The position numbers and the translations under genes were made by a program. Below, in pieces: positions 8,094 to 17,138 of a stretch of DNA of 39,014 nucleotides (positions are counted from its first letter, which is position 1; each line of letters starts with the position of its first letter). Below the pieces are notes generated by a model. It saw nothing but the letters and a program-made list of their open reading frames with translations. It was not told the DNA's origin and made no database searches. Source of the stretch: a virus (lineage: Duplodnaviria; Caudoviricetes); IMG/VR virus record IMGVR_UViG_3300005805_000202, positions 1 to 39,014 of that record. One strand, written 5' to 3'.

Positions 8094-9462
8094 AGTTGAA
8101 AATACAATCCTTCGAAACATGATCCATGATGAGGACTATCTTCGCAAGGTAGTACCTTTCATTCAACCTGATTACTTTGATGACCATAAAGATCGGGTGG
8201 TTTTTGAGGAGGTAGTGAAGTTTGTTGTTAAGTATGACAAACCTGCAAATCAGGAAATCCTCAACATTGAAGTTGAAAACAGGTCTGATGTTACAGATAC
8301 TGAATTTAAAGAGATACTTCAACTTATCTCTTCACTAGATAATGTACCAACCAATAAAGATTGGTTGATTGATACCACAGAGAAGTGGTGTCGGGATCGT
8401 GCGATTTATCTTGCCTTGATGAAGTCCATCAAGATTGCAGACGGACAAGATGAAAAGAAAGGTCGTGATGCCATTCCTAGTATCCTCAGTGATGCATTAG
8501 CTGTGTCATTTGATAATCACATTGGCCACGATTATCTGCAGGACTATGAACAACGTTACGAGGTATATCACAGAAAAGAGGAAAAGATCTCTTTCGACCT
8601 TGAGTACTTTAACAAGATCACAAAAGGTGGTCTGCCTAATAAAACTCTCAACATCGCTCTTGCTGGTACGGGTGTCGGAAAAAGCTTATTCATGTGCCAT
8701 GTTGCTAGTTCCGTCTTGTTGCAAGGAAAGAACGTTCTCTACATCACACTTGAGATGGCAGAGGAACGAATTGCTGAACGAATTGACGCCAACCTTCTCA
8801 ACGTCAATATTCAAGAGATTACTGATCTCCCGAAGGTGATGTTTGATAACAAGGTGAATAACCTTGCAAAGAAGACACAAGGACAATTAATCATTAAAGA
8901 GTATCCAACTGCCTCTGCACATGCAGGACACTTCAAGGCCCTTCTCAATGAACTTTCATTGAAGAAGTCGTTTAGACCTGATATTATTTTTATTGACTAC
9001 CTTAACATTTGTGCCTCCAGTAGGTATTCAAAACTGGGTAATGTTAATTCATATACTCACATCAAGGCCATTGCAGAAGAACTTCGTGGTCTTGCAGTTG
9101 AATTCAACGTACCAGTTGTCTCTGCAACTCAAACTACCAGATCTGGTTATGGTAGTTCTGATGTTGAACTAACTGATACTTCAGAATCCTTTGGTCTCCC
9201 TGCAACTGCTGACCTTATGTTCGCTCTTATCAGTACAGAAGAGTTGGAAGAATTAGGTCAGATTATGGTTAAACAGTTGAAGAACAGATACAATGATCCC
9301 ACAATCAACAAAAGATTTATTGTAGGTATTGACCGCGCTAAGATGCGACTTTATGACTGCGAACAATCTGCACAGAAAGACATTCTTGATAATGGACAGG
9401 ATGCAGACTATAATGAACCAGAAAATAAATTCAAAAACAAATTTGCTGAATTAAAATTTTAA
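8086..9462 (+). CDS. 41: Replicative DNA helicase (T4 gp41, DnaB-like)
   Basis: AGTGVGKS, TLEMAEE, IDYLNI, SATQTTR, TSESFGLPATAD and KQLKNRY. Confidence 0.98.
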   Translation: MDRVENTILRNMIHDEDYLRKVVPFIQPDYFDDHKDRVVFEEVVKFVVKYDKPANQEILNIEVENRSDVTDTEFKEILQLISSLDNVPTNKDWLIDTTEKWCRDRAIYLALMKSIKIADGQDEKKGRDAIPSILSDALAVSFDNHIGHDYLQDYEQRYEVYHRKEEKISFDLEYFNKITKGGLPNKTLNIALAGTGVGKSLFMCHVASSVLLQGKNVLYITLEMAEERIAERIDANLLNVNIQEITDLPKVMFDNKVNNLAKKTQGQLIIKEYPTASAHAGHFKALLNELSLKKSFRPDIIFIDYLNICASSRYSKLGNVNSYTHIKAIAEELRGLAVEFNVPVVSATQTTRSGYGSSDVELTDTSESFGLPATADLMFALISTEELEELGQIMVKQLKNRYNDPTINKRFIVGIDRAKMRLYDCEQSAQKDILDNGQDADYNEPENKFKNKFAELKF

Positions 9463-9977
9463 TGGACAATCAATACCAAATAGTTGATAATTTTATGCCA
9501 GAAGATAGTTTTGAGTTATTATCTTCAACTATAATGTCATCAAATTTTCCTTGGTATTATCTGCCATTAGTAAATTATCTTGATGATGATTCTCAATGCC
9601 TTGTGAATAGATATTTTGAACACAACTTCTTTACATATTATGAAGAAACTGAATCATATGGCAAAAGTTTTAGATTTGATGATGTAAAATCTTTTCTAGA
9701 TCTTTTAGAAATTAATAAATTATACAGAGTAAAATCTAATTTATTTACAAGTACAGAATCATTAGTTCAATACGCATTTCATTGTGATCAACCATTCAAA
9801 CATAAGGGTGCAATTTTATACCTTAATGATTGTGATGGATACACTGTTCTTCAAGATGGAACAAAAATAGAATCTGTTGCAAATCGTTGTTTGTTATTTG
9901 ATTCTTCAAAACCACATGCATCAACAACATGTACAAATCAAAAGGCCAGATTTAACATCAATGTAAACTATTCATGA
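9462..9977 (+). CDS. 2OG-Fe(II) oxygenase-fold protein
   Basis: HCD...ILYLN.CDGYT...ANR.LLFD...HAS...R..ININY. AT-rich. Confidence 0.75.
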   Translation: MDNQYQIVDNFMPEDSFELLSSTIMSSNFPWYYLPLVNYLDDDSQCLVNRYFEHNFFTYYEETESYGKSFRFDDVKSFLDLLEINKLYRVKSNLFTSTESLVQYAFHCDQPFKHKGAILYLNDCDGYTVLQDGTKIESVANRCLLFDSSKPHASTTCTNQKARFNINVNYS

Positions 9978-9978
9978 C

Positions 9979-10007
9979 TTGACAACGTGAAGAACAATGA
10001 GTATGAT
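9979..10007 (+). promoter_or_regulatory. Sigma70-type early promoter for mazG
   Basis: TTGACA-17nt-TATGAT. Confidence 0.8.
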
Positions 10008-10032
10008 TGAAAACGAAACAAATTTAAAACAG

Positions 10033-10440
10033 ATGACCAACGTTGATTACAGTAAGTATCAAGAGTTTGTAAATGAAGTCACTTCCAAACCAAGTAAGAA
10101 CTATTACGATTTTGGCCAACGCCTTGCGGTTCTCAATGACCAGGGATTTCCTACCGAGCGATTGCTTACTGCTGCTGTAGGTATGTGTGCCGAAGCTGGT
10201 GAGTTTACTGAGGTTGTCAAGAAGATCGTCTTCCAAGGTAAACCTGTGAATGAAGACAACCTTTTCCACCTGAAACGTGAACTGGGTGATATCATGTGGT
10301 ATGTGATGCAAGCCTGTATGGGTCTTGGTGTGTCACTTGATGAAGTGGTTGAGATGAATGTGGAGAAACTTCTTTCGCGTTATCCTGAAGGTGCGTTTGA
10401 CGTTCACTTCTCTGAAAATCGTAAACAAGGTGATGTGTAA
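10033..10440 (+). CDS. mazG: MazG-like nucleotide pyrophosphohydrolase
   Basis: GMCAEAGEFTEVVKK and ELGDIMWYV. Start moved to 10033 because the upstream ATGs lie within the promoter. Confidence 0.92.
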   Translation: MTNVDYSKYQEFVNEVTSKPSKNYYDFGQRLAVLNDQGFPTERLLTAAVGMCAEAGEFTEVVKKIVFQGKPVNEDNLFHLKRELGDIMWYVMQACMGLGVSLDEVVEMNVEKLLSRYPEGAFDVHFSENRKQGDV

Positions 10441-10469
10441 TGGTTTTTATACAATTGTAAAAGAAAGTA

Positions 10470-10739
10470 ATGAACACAGATAGACTTATTCACCCTAAGT
10501 ATGTTAGATTGAGTTGGTTAAGAATTATCGGTAACGCCTTTTTTATTTTTGGATATGCCGTAATTCTTTTTAATAGTGTTCAACTTGGAATTTATTTTCG
10601 TTTATTTGGTAACTTACTATCTTTCCCATATTTTTATAGAGTAAAGATGTGGGACATGATGACAATTCGCAGTTTCTTTGCTATTATAGAAGCAATAAAA
10701 CTTATTCAAATATTCTTTTTTAATTATGGCACTATCTAA
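10470..10739 (+). CDS. Small hypothetical membrane protein
   Basis: Three hydrophobic segments. AT-rich. Confidence 0.6.
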   Translation: MNTDRLIHPKYVRLSWLRIIGNAFFIFGYAVILFNSVQLGIYFRLFGNLLSFPYFYRVKMWDMMTIRSFFAIIEAIKLIQIFFFNYGTI

Positions 10740-10956
10740 ATCTGTTGAAGAATCTTTGAAGGAAGCTGAAAGATCTCTTCGTAATGCACTTGCATTTGCT
10801 GCCCGACAAGAAGAACCTTATGTTGGAAAACAAATCGCAGACATGATCATGAGTATTGATCAACTTCAAAAGATTGATAAACTCTTTGATAAACTTGATA
10901 GCCGCGAACCAGGAAGTCGTGGTTCCTTTGGTAGTTTCTTTGATGACAACGAATGA
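10726..10956 (+). CDS. Hypothetical protein (cyanophage conserved)
   Basis: MALSKSVEESLKEAE.SLRNALAFAARQE.P. Overlap-coupled to its neighbours. Confidence 0.75.
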   Translation: MALSKSVEESLKEAERSLRNALAFAARQEEPYVGKQIADMIMSIDQLQKIDKLFDKLDSREPGSRGSFGSFFDDNE

Positions 10957-11126
10957 AAACTGTAACTGTTAATCTGTCCACCTATCAAGCGGCTGTAGTC
11001 CGTCAAGTTTTGTTTGAAGCCCAGAAAGGTTATACATATGGACCCAATGCACCTGAACGGGTGTTTGAGATCCGTGAGGTGATTACAGATCTTGATGATG
11101 CAATTGGTGAGGTTGTAAAAGAATGA
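10953..11126 (+). CDS. Hypothetical protein, 57 aa (not in ORF track)
   Basis: MKTVTVNLSTYQAAVVRQVLFEAQKGY...PERVFEIREVI. ATGA overlaps at both ends. Confidence 0.7.
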   Translation: MKTVTVNLSTYQAAVVRQVLFEAQKGYTYGPNAPERVFEIREVITDLDDAIGEVVKE

Positions 11127-11413
11127 AATTTATTATGTTCACTAAAGAGTCCTGCGGCCCCTGCGGACTTGTCAAACGATACATCAATGCCCTCAAGGAT
11201 GATCGTTCCAGTGTGATTGAAGAGGTTTATCTTGAAGACTTTGGCGATGAACCAATTCCTGAAGAGAACCTTGCACTTGCTAAAAAGTATGGTGTTACTG
11301 CCACTCCTGTTCTAGTAGTCACTGATGATAGTGGTGAACTGGTAGAAACCTTTACTGGTGGTATGGGTATTACCCAAAACATCCGCAAAATCTTTGATAA
11401 GTATAACGTATAG
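11123..11413 (+). CDS. Thioredoxin/glutaredoxin-like protein
   Basis: CGPC active site and YGVTATP cis-Pro motif. Confidence 0.85.
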   Translation: MKFIMFTKESCGPCGLVKRYINALKDDRSSVIEEVYLEDFGDEPIPEENLALAKKYGVTATPVLVVTDDSGELVETFTGGMGITQNIRKIFDKYNV

Positions 11414-11421
11414 GATAAATA
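11414..11421 (+). promoter_or_regulatory. T4 late promoter-like box (GATAAATA)
   Basis: 7/8 match, immediately 5' of a terminator hairpin. Confidence 0.5.
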
Positions 11422-11444
11422 AGAGGGCTAAGACCCTCTTTTTT
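11421..11444 (+). terminator. Rho-independent terminator
   Basis: AAGAGGG-CTAAGA-CCCTCTT followed by TTTT. Confidence 0.75.
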
Positions 11445-11445
11445 C

Positions 11446-12480
11446 ATGGCTGTAAATAATACAACTGAAATTGAATCGCGTCTTAGGGCAGCCGGATACA
11501 CGCGGTTCAAGGACAGAACTAGATCTCGGGTATGTATTCTTGCGGATGGAGATCGTGTTGCAATATTGAGAGCTGTTGAGGCTTTATTCTTTGATGAAGG
11601 TGCAACATACAATCCAGATTACAGAACTCCAACGGTGAGGAGGGGTAATCGGGAGAGTGGTGGTAATGCTGTTTCTAGTCTTGGAGTAGTTGAGATTGGA
11701 GATTTTCTTGTTTACACTGCACCAGCTAGTAGACAGGGTGGAGGTTCCGCCGGCCTTGGAAATGAAAATAATCTTATCAATTGCATAAACTCTCATCTTG
11801 TTCGTGGCACAGGAACTAATGAAAGTATTAGTATTGTAATGGTTAGTGGATCTAGATCTGTAGTTATTAATAATGTTATTCGTGCAGATTCTGTGGGAAC
11901 TCAAACTGCAGGTAGAGCTAAATCTGATGTAAACCTTGTTAAAGCTGACGGAACTATTTTTCCAATTTCACTGAAACAAAATAATGCACAGATGTGGGAA
12001 TCTGCAGATACTTTATTTGGTGAGAGAGCCAAAGATGTACTAATTCAGTTATCAAGAACTGGTAGAATCCAATTATCAAGAAACTCATCTGGTGATGTTG
12101 TCTTCAATGCTGGTGTAAGTGGTGTTGCAATTCCAACAACAGATGATGAAGCCACAAATGTTATTTTTGGATCAGATATTCTCGCAAATGGTGGTGTTGT
12201 ACTAAAACAAACCTTCATGGGACCTCAAAGCCCCAACTGTAGTTGGGATCCAGTCAGTCAAACTCTTACAATCACTGGAACGAAACTATACAGACAACTA
12301 AGTGATGTGAGGGGAACGGATGAAGAACCAGTCATCCTGATCCGCAGAGACAGTAGTCGTCAGGCAGGCCTGGGTCGAGACCGAAATTGGAAGGGTCTCA
12401 GGGTCCTGGTCGTGTACAGGTCCAGAATTACAGGTGGTGTACGCCGCTTTACACGAGAGGAGTTTAGGGGTATACTATAG
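11446..12480 (+). CDS. Hypothetical protein with a PD-(D/E)XK-like nuclease motif
   Basis: GLGNE...AKSDVNLV...FPISLKQ resembles the E..D..(S)xK restriction-endonuclease-fold core. Confidence 0.5.
   Translation: MAVNNTTEIESRLRAAGYTRFKDRTRSRVCILADGDRVAILRAVEALFFDEGATYNPDYRTPTVRRGNRESGGNAVSSLGVVEIGDFLVYTAPASRQGGGSAGLGNENNLINCINSHLVRGTGTNESISIVMVSGSRSVVINNVIRADSVGTQTAGRAKSDVNLVKADGTIFPISLKQNNAQMWESADTLFGERAKDVLIQLSRTGRIQLSRNSSGDVVFNAGVSGVAIPTTDDEATNVIFGSDILANGGVVLKQTFMGPQSPNCSWDPVSQTLTITGTKLYRQLSDVRGTDEEPVILIRRDSSRQAGLGRDRNWKGLRVLVVYRSRITGGVRRFTREEFRGIL
12448..12476 (+). promoter_or_regulatory. Sigma70-type promoter
   Basis: TTTACA-17nt-TATACT. Predicted +1 falls at about the ATG at 12483. Confidence 0.65.
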
Positions 12481-12482
12481 AT

Positions 12483-13676
12483 ATGGCCAAGAACACACAC
12501 CTAGAACACCTTGAAGATGACATCCTCAACCAGGGGACGCAAGGTGGTTTCAATGCGATCAAGTTCCTTCGTGAACTGGGGGACATGCTCACCCAACCCC
12601 AGTCTACCATCAAGGTAACAACAAAGTGGGATGGTTCTCCTGCAATCATCTGTGGTAAAGATCCAGTATCTCAACGGTTCTTTGTTGGAACCAAATCTTT
12701 CTTTAACAAGACCACACCTAAAATTGTCTTCAGTGAAGCTGATGTTGACACAATGTATGAAGGTGAGTTGGCCCAAAAATTAAAAGATGCATACAAATAT
12801 CTCTCACAACTTCCTATTCAGGGAATTCTTCAGGGTGATCTTCTGTATACAGATGACAGAGATACCCGTCTGGTAAATGGTGAACAATCTATTGTCTTCC
12901 AACCAAACATAATTGTTTATGCAATTCCAGTTAACTCTGGATTGGGTGCAAAAGTTGCACGATCTAAGTTGGGTATTGCCTTTCATACCTCTTATGTGGG
13001 CCCAACTCTTGATAACCTGAATGCCCAGTTTGATGTAGACGTTAGTACTCTTCAAGGTAATCCAGATATAATGGTATTCAAAACTGATTTTGTCGATGCA
13101 ACTGGTGCTGCAAACATGACCCAGGATGAGAAACGTCAGTTTGATATGTTGGTCAATCGTGCAGAGGGATCGCTCAAACAAGCCAGTGCATTCCTCAACA
13201 TACTTGGTTCTTTTGGACAGAGTAGGTTCATGATGAATGTGTTGTTCAAACAGTTCTTCAACACTTATATTCGTGAGGGTAGACCCATTCGCAATGCACA
13301 TGATGTTGTTCAAGACTTCAAGGCCTACTATGCAGGTTTGATGAATACAGAAATCGCATCAAAAACGAAAAAATCGACCCAAGATAAATATTTACAAATG
13401 CGAACAGATGGACTTAAGTTCATTCAAACGAACGAAAGGTCTATCTATTTCACAGTTGCCTCATACATGAACTTGATTGAGGCAAAGAACTTTATTATTC
13501 GTAGACTTGAGAAAGTTAAAACGATAGGAACTTTCCTTCGCACTGAGAACGGATATAAAGTCACGGCTCCAGAAGGATTTGTGGCCATCCGTTCAGGAAA
13601 CGCACTCAAGTTAATTGATAGATTGGAGTTCTCAAACGCCAACTTCACTGCCGCTAAAAATTGGGACAAAGCATGA
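12483..13676 (+). CDS. Conserved T4-like marine phage protein (DUF6267-like) with ATP-dependent ligase-type motifs
   Basis: MAKNTHLEHLED N-terminus, then KWDG, QGDLLY, PEGFVA and LKLIDR in ligase motif order. Confidence 0.7.
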   Translation: MAKNTHLEHLEDDILNQGTQGGFNAIKFLRELGDMLTQPQSTIKVTTKWDGSPAIICGKDPVSQRFFVGTKSFFNKTTPKIVFSEADVDTMYEGELAQKLKDAYKYLSQLPIQGILQGDLLYTDDRDTRLVNGEQSIVFQPNIIVYAIPVNSGLGAKVARSKLGIAFHTSYVGPTLDNLNAQFDVDVSTLQGNPDIMVFKTDFVDATGAANMTQDEKRQFDMLVNRAEGSLKQASAFLNILGSFGQSRFMMNVLFKQFFNTYIREGRPIRNAHDVVQDFKAYYAGLMNTEIASKTKKSTQDKYLQMRTDGLKFIQTNERSIYFTVASYMNLIEAKNFIIRRLEKVKTIGTFLRTENGYKVTAPEGFVAIRSGNALKLIDRLEFSNANFTAAKNWDKA

Positions 13677-14824
13677 GTTTTTTCAATCGCGTTAAAACTA
13701 TTCTTGAGGCCGCAACTCAGGCATCTGAGAAGGCCAAACAGATGGGTCTCAAGGGCGATGGCCATGGAGACTATTATGACAAAGAAGGTAAGTTGGTTGC
13801 AAAGACTGTTGGTGGTAACCTGAAGTTCTTTGGTAATCGTCCTGGTGGTGGTCAACCAATGACGGATACCGCTGCACAGATGGTTCCAGAACCACCAAAA
13901 CCTCAACAACAGAAACCACAAGAACCAGAGAAGGTAAAGAAAACTGGTGAGACTATCACCGTAGGATTTGGTCGTTTCAATCCTCCTACTGTTGGTCACG
14001 AAAAACTTCTTAATACCATTAGTCAAACGGCTGGTAAGGGTGGACAGTATCGTATCTACCCATCCCGCAGTGAAGATCCAAAGAAGAACCCACTCCCTGC
14101 TGGTGAGAAGGTTCAGTATATGCGTAAGGCATTTCCTCAACATGCAAATGCAATTGTTGATGATGAGAATACCAAAACCATTTTTGATGTATTGAAGGCT
14201 GCAGATGCAAAAGGATATTCCTCTGTCAATATTGTGGTTGGTTCAGATAGGGTCAAGGAGTTTGAGAACCTTGCGAACAAATACAACGGACAGTTATACA
14301 ATTTTGACAAGATTAACATTGTCTCAGCCGGCGAAAGAAATGCCGATGCCCAAGGTGTCGAGGGCATGTCTGCCTCTAAACTTAGAAAGGCAGCTCTAGA
14401 TGGAGACTTTGCAGCCTTCCGTAGTGGTGTAAGTAAAAACCTGGACGATAAGACCACAAGACAACTCTTCGATACTATTCGTAAGAGAATGAATGTTAAG
14501 AGTGAGGGATGGGAAGTTGCCCCTAAATTGTTTCCCCAGTCTCTCCGTGAACATTACATTACTCAGAAACTTTTTCAGGTGGGTTCTTGGGTAGAGAACA
14601 TGAACCACGGTTTGATTGGTGAGATTACCCGCCGTGGTGCAAACTATGTGATTGCAGTTACCAAAGAAGGTATCATGTTTAAGTCCTGGTTGAGGGATAT
14701 CATTGAAGTTTATGAGATTGGAACAGATGCATATCGTGATCATGCCATTTCAATCACACCTGGACAGAAGTACCCATTTATAAATAAGATTAGGCAAAAC
14801 TTGAAAAAATCCAGAAAAAGATGA
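13673..14824 (+). CDS. Cytidyltransferase-like (HxGH-type nucleotidyltransferase) protein
   Basis: FGRFNPPTVGHEKL, KNPL, VVGSDR and MSASKLR. ATGA-coupled to the upstream gene. Confidence 0.88.
   Translation: MSFFNRVKTILEAATQASEKAKQMGLKGDGHGDYYDKEGKLVAKTVGGNLKFFGNRPGGGQPMTDTAAQMVPEPPKPQQQKPQEPEKVKKTGETITVGFGRFNPPTVGHEKLLNTISQTAGKGGQYRIYPSRSEDPKKNPLPAGEKVQYMRKAFPQHANAIVDDENTKTIFDVLKAADAKGYSSVNIVVGSDRVKEFENLANKYNGQLYNFDKINIVSAGERNADAQGVEGMSASKLRKAALDGDFAAFRSGVSKNLDDKTTRQLFDTIRKRMNVKSEGWEVAPKLFPQSLREHYITQKLFQVGSWVENMNHGLIGEITRRGANYVIAVTKEGIMFKSWLRDIIEVYEIGTDAYRDHAISITPGQKYPFINKIRQNLKKSRKR
14779..14786 (+). promoter_or_regulatory. T4 late promoter
   Basis: Perfect TATAAATA 35 nt upstream of the ATG at 14821. 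Confidence 0.75.
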
Positions 14825-16923
14825 AGGACTCTAAACAAGTCAGATCTGAATATCACTCTTTTGTAGAATCGTATTCAAATATCTCAGCACTCAGCCTTGA
14901 AGAGGCAAAGAAGGCAGAGATGGAGAAGAAGAAATCCTACAAAAAAGAAAAAGAAGAAGAGGAAGATGATGACGATGAATGCACTTGTGAGAAAGTTCTC
15001 ATGAGAAAGACTGGTGCTTTCACCGAACTGGCTGAAAGATACCAGATGAGTGTCAAACAGTTTGCCAGATTTGTTGAGAACAATCAGGGTCTGTTTGACA
15101 TCGAGACCCGTAAGAAAGCCATTCTTGCTAACAAGTTTTCTGGATTTAAAGAGAGTGTAGAGTGGGATCAGTTCTTTGGTGATCTTGAACTGGTAGAAGT
15201 TCAGGAAGGCATGGGTGTAGTAACAGGAACTGCAAAGGCAATCAATGCAGTAATGAAGAGCCCCAAACAAACTCCTGCACAAGAGAAGAAGGCAGTTAGA
15301 GACCTGACTAAGACAATGGATGTTGTTGCCAAGCCAGTCAAGTCATTCCTTAGTGTTGGTGATAAGAAAAATCAAGAGATGATGAACAAGCGCAGACCAG
15401 CTGCAGAAGAGATTGAAGTGGAAGGTGAAAATCTTCATGAGATCCAAACCAAAGAGACTGCAGCTGGAACCAAGTATAAGGTTCGTGTAAAAGAGAAGGA
15501 TAGTGGTTCTTCCTACATCCGTTATGCAACCCGTGAGAAGATTGCACAACTCCGTGCTGATCCTAAGATTGCATCTGTTGAGATGACCGACGAAGGTGAA
15601 GCTCCTGAGGATAGGGGTGAAAAGAAAGCCCAAGCCAAGGGTGGTGGTCTTGCAGTCAAGGCCAAGAAGGAACTGGAGAAGAAGAAAACTGTTGCTGCAG
15701 GTAAGAAAAAGAGAAGTGTAACTACCGAAGCTTTAGATCCTGTCGGTAAAGAAGATGGTGACATCGACAACGATGGTGATACCGATAAGAGTGATGAGTA
15801 TCTCCATAAGAGAAGAAAGGCCATTGGTAAGGCCATGAAGAAGAGAATGAAGGAAGGTTTCTCTAACTGGAGAGAAGATCTCAAGGAAATCACCGACATT
15901 CAAGACACAAAAAAGATTAAGGGTGGGAAGGTAAACAACAAGGTTGTTATCAACCCATCTATGGGCGAAGGCTTTGATCCTCAAAAGATTGCTGAAGGTC
16001 TTGGTGCCGAAGTAATCTCCTGCGAAGAGATTGATGAGGCCATTGAAGGTGGTCCAATTCTTCCTGGTGAAAAGGGTAAGAGAATTTATCCAAAGGGTCA
16101 GGAACCAAAACCAACTGGTGCCAAACTGCCTCCTCTCCAGAAGGCTGGTTACGAACCAACTGGTAGAACAATCTCTGAAAGAGAGTTTGATGAACCAGGA
16201 GAAGAAGACTGGAGACCTGATGTTAGGTTACATAACAAACTCTATAATAAACCAACTCAAAAGAAGCCATCTAACGATCCAAAAAAACCAGGACCTGGCT
16301 CAGGTAGAATGCAGAATGCTGGTTACGAACCAGAAGGTGAAGTCATCGAACAGTTAGATCCTGATTTCACTGGTGGAACTTATGGTGATTTTCAAAAACT
16401 TCATAAGATTAACAATATGATGAAGAATATGACACCTGCTCAACAAAAGAAATATCTTGATAATCTTCCTCGTGTTGGTCCAGATGGAAAACCTTTGAAG
16501 GGGGCCAGTCTGGGGACACGTTCTAAAGTCCAGAATGCTGGTTATGAACCAGAAGGTGAACAGATTGCTGAGATCGCTCCTGCTCTCGCTGCTGGTGCCG
16601 CACTGGGTATCGGTGCTGGTGGTCTTGGTTTGATCAACAAACTGAGACAACAGAAGAAAGCTGGTGAACAGGGTAAACCTCAACCTGGTATTGTTGGTAA
16701 TCTCCAGAAACGCAACCAGATGCTTCAACAACTTAATCAAGAGGTTGAAGTAGAAGGTGAACAGATTGATGAGAAGAAACTCACCGAACCTGAAATGAAG
16801 AAACGTGAAGAGGTTGTCAAGTCCATGAAGAAGGGTAAGGAAGGTTTCAAGAAGCGTTACGGTGAAAGATGGAAAGAAGTGATGTACGCAACTGCTACTA
16901 AAACCGCTAAGAAGAAAGCCTGA
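14821..16923 (+). CDS. Large K/E-rich modular protein, putative capsid-internal polyprotein
   Basis: 700 aa, preceded by a late promoter. Repeated (Y/V)E(P/V)EGE.I.E linkers and a DxDxDG motif. Confidence 0.75.
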   Translation: MKDSKQVRSEYHSFVESYSNISALSLEEAKKAEMEKKKSYKKEKEEEEDDDDECTCEKVLMRKTGAFTELAERYQMSVKQFARFVENNQGLFDIETRKKAILANKFSGFKESVEWDQFFGDLELVEVQEGMGVVTGTAKAINAVMKSPKQTPAQEKKAVRDLTKTMDVVAKPVKSFLSVGDKKNQEMMNKRRPAAEEIEVEGENLHEIQTKETAAGTKYKVRVKEKDSGSSYIRYATREKIAQLRADPKIASVEMTDEGEAPEDRGEKKAQAKGGGLAVKAKKELEKKKTVAAGKKKRSVTTEALDPVGKEDGDIDNDGDTDKSDEYLHKRRKAIGKAMKKRMKEGFSNWREDLKEITDIQDTKKIKGGKVNNKVVINPSMGEGFDPQKIAEGLGAEVISCEEIDEAIEGGPILPGEKGKRIYPKGQEPKPTGAKLPPLQKAGYEPTGRTISEREFDEPGEEDWRPDVRLHNKLYNKPTQKKPSNDPKKPGPGSGRMQNAGYEPEGEVIEQLDPDFTGGTYGDFQKLHKINNMMKNMTPAQQKKYLDNLPRVGPDGKPLKGASLGTRSKVQNAGYEPEGEQIAEIAPALAAGAALGIGAGGLGLINKLRQQKKAGEQGKPQPGIVGNLQKRNQMLQQLNQEVEVEGEQIDEKKLTEPEMKKREEVVKSMKKGKEGFKKRYGERWKEVMYATATKTAKKKA
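16141..16560 (+). repeat. Intragenic repeats encoding AGYEP(E/T)G
   Basis: CAGAATGCTGGTTAYGAACCAGAAGGTGAA at 16312-16341 and 16531-16560 (29/30 identical). Degenerate copy at 16141-16164. Confidence 0.85.
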
Positions 16924-16954
16924 TACTATATAAAAAGTAGCTGCATATACAGTC

Positions 16955-17134
16955 ATGCCTGCTTTACTTATGGTGATCCAGCCAATTCTTCTTAGAATTG
17001 TTACTCACCCTGCAGTCAAGAAACTCATTATTGAACTTCTTGAGAAGTTGGTTAAGTCAACTGACAACAGCATTGATGACGCAGTTCTGGCTACAGTTAA
17101 GGAACTTATGTTTAAGCCTCAAGCTGAAGCCTGA
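16955..17134 (+). CDS. Small hypothetical protein, 59 aa (not in ORF track)
   Basis: MPALLMVIQPILLRIVTHPAVKKLIIELLEKLVKSTDNSIDDAVLATVKELMFKPQAEA, followed by a terminator. Confidence 0.75.
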   Translation: MPALLMVIQPILLRIVTHPAVKKLIIELLEKLVKSTDNSIDDAVLATVKELMFKPQAEA

Positions 17135-17138
17135 TCAC

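Noticed and set aside
9997-10032. Longer N-terminus of mazG from the ORF track
   Set aside because: Those ATGs lie within the TTGACA/TATGAT promoter, so 10033 is more plausible. Similar upstream extensions at 3100, 6192, 7551, 13661, 19787, 27289 and 34759 were trimmed.
13445-14143. 232-aa minus-strand ORF
   Set aside because: Antisense shadow of two well-supported + strand genes, with no recognisable motifs.
16141-16560. 30-nt repeats as a CRISPR-like array
   Set aside because: Only 2-3 copies, about 140-190 nt apart, in frame within a CDS, and no cas genes.
16354-16956. 200-aa hydrophobic minus-strand ORF
   Set aside because: Its hydrophobicity is the mirror of Lys/Glu codons on the + strand, so it is not evidence of a membrane protein.
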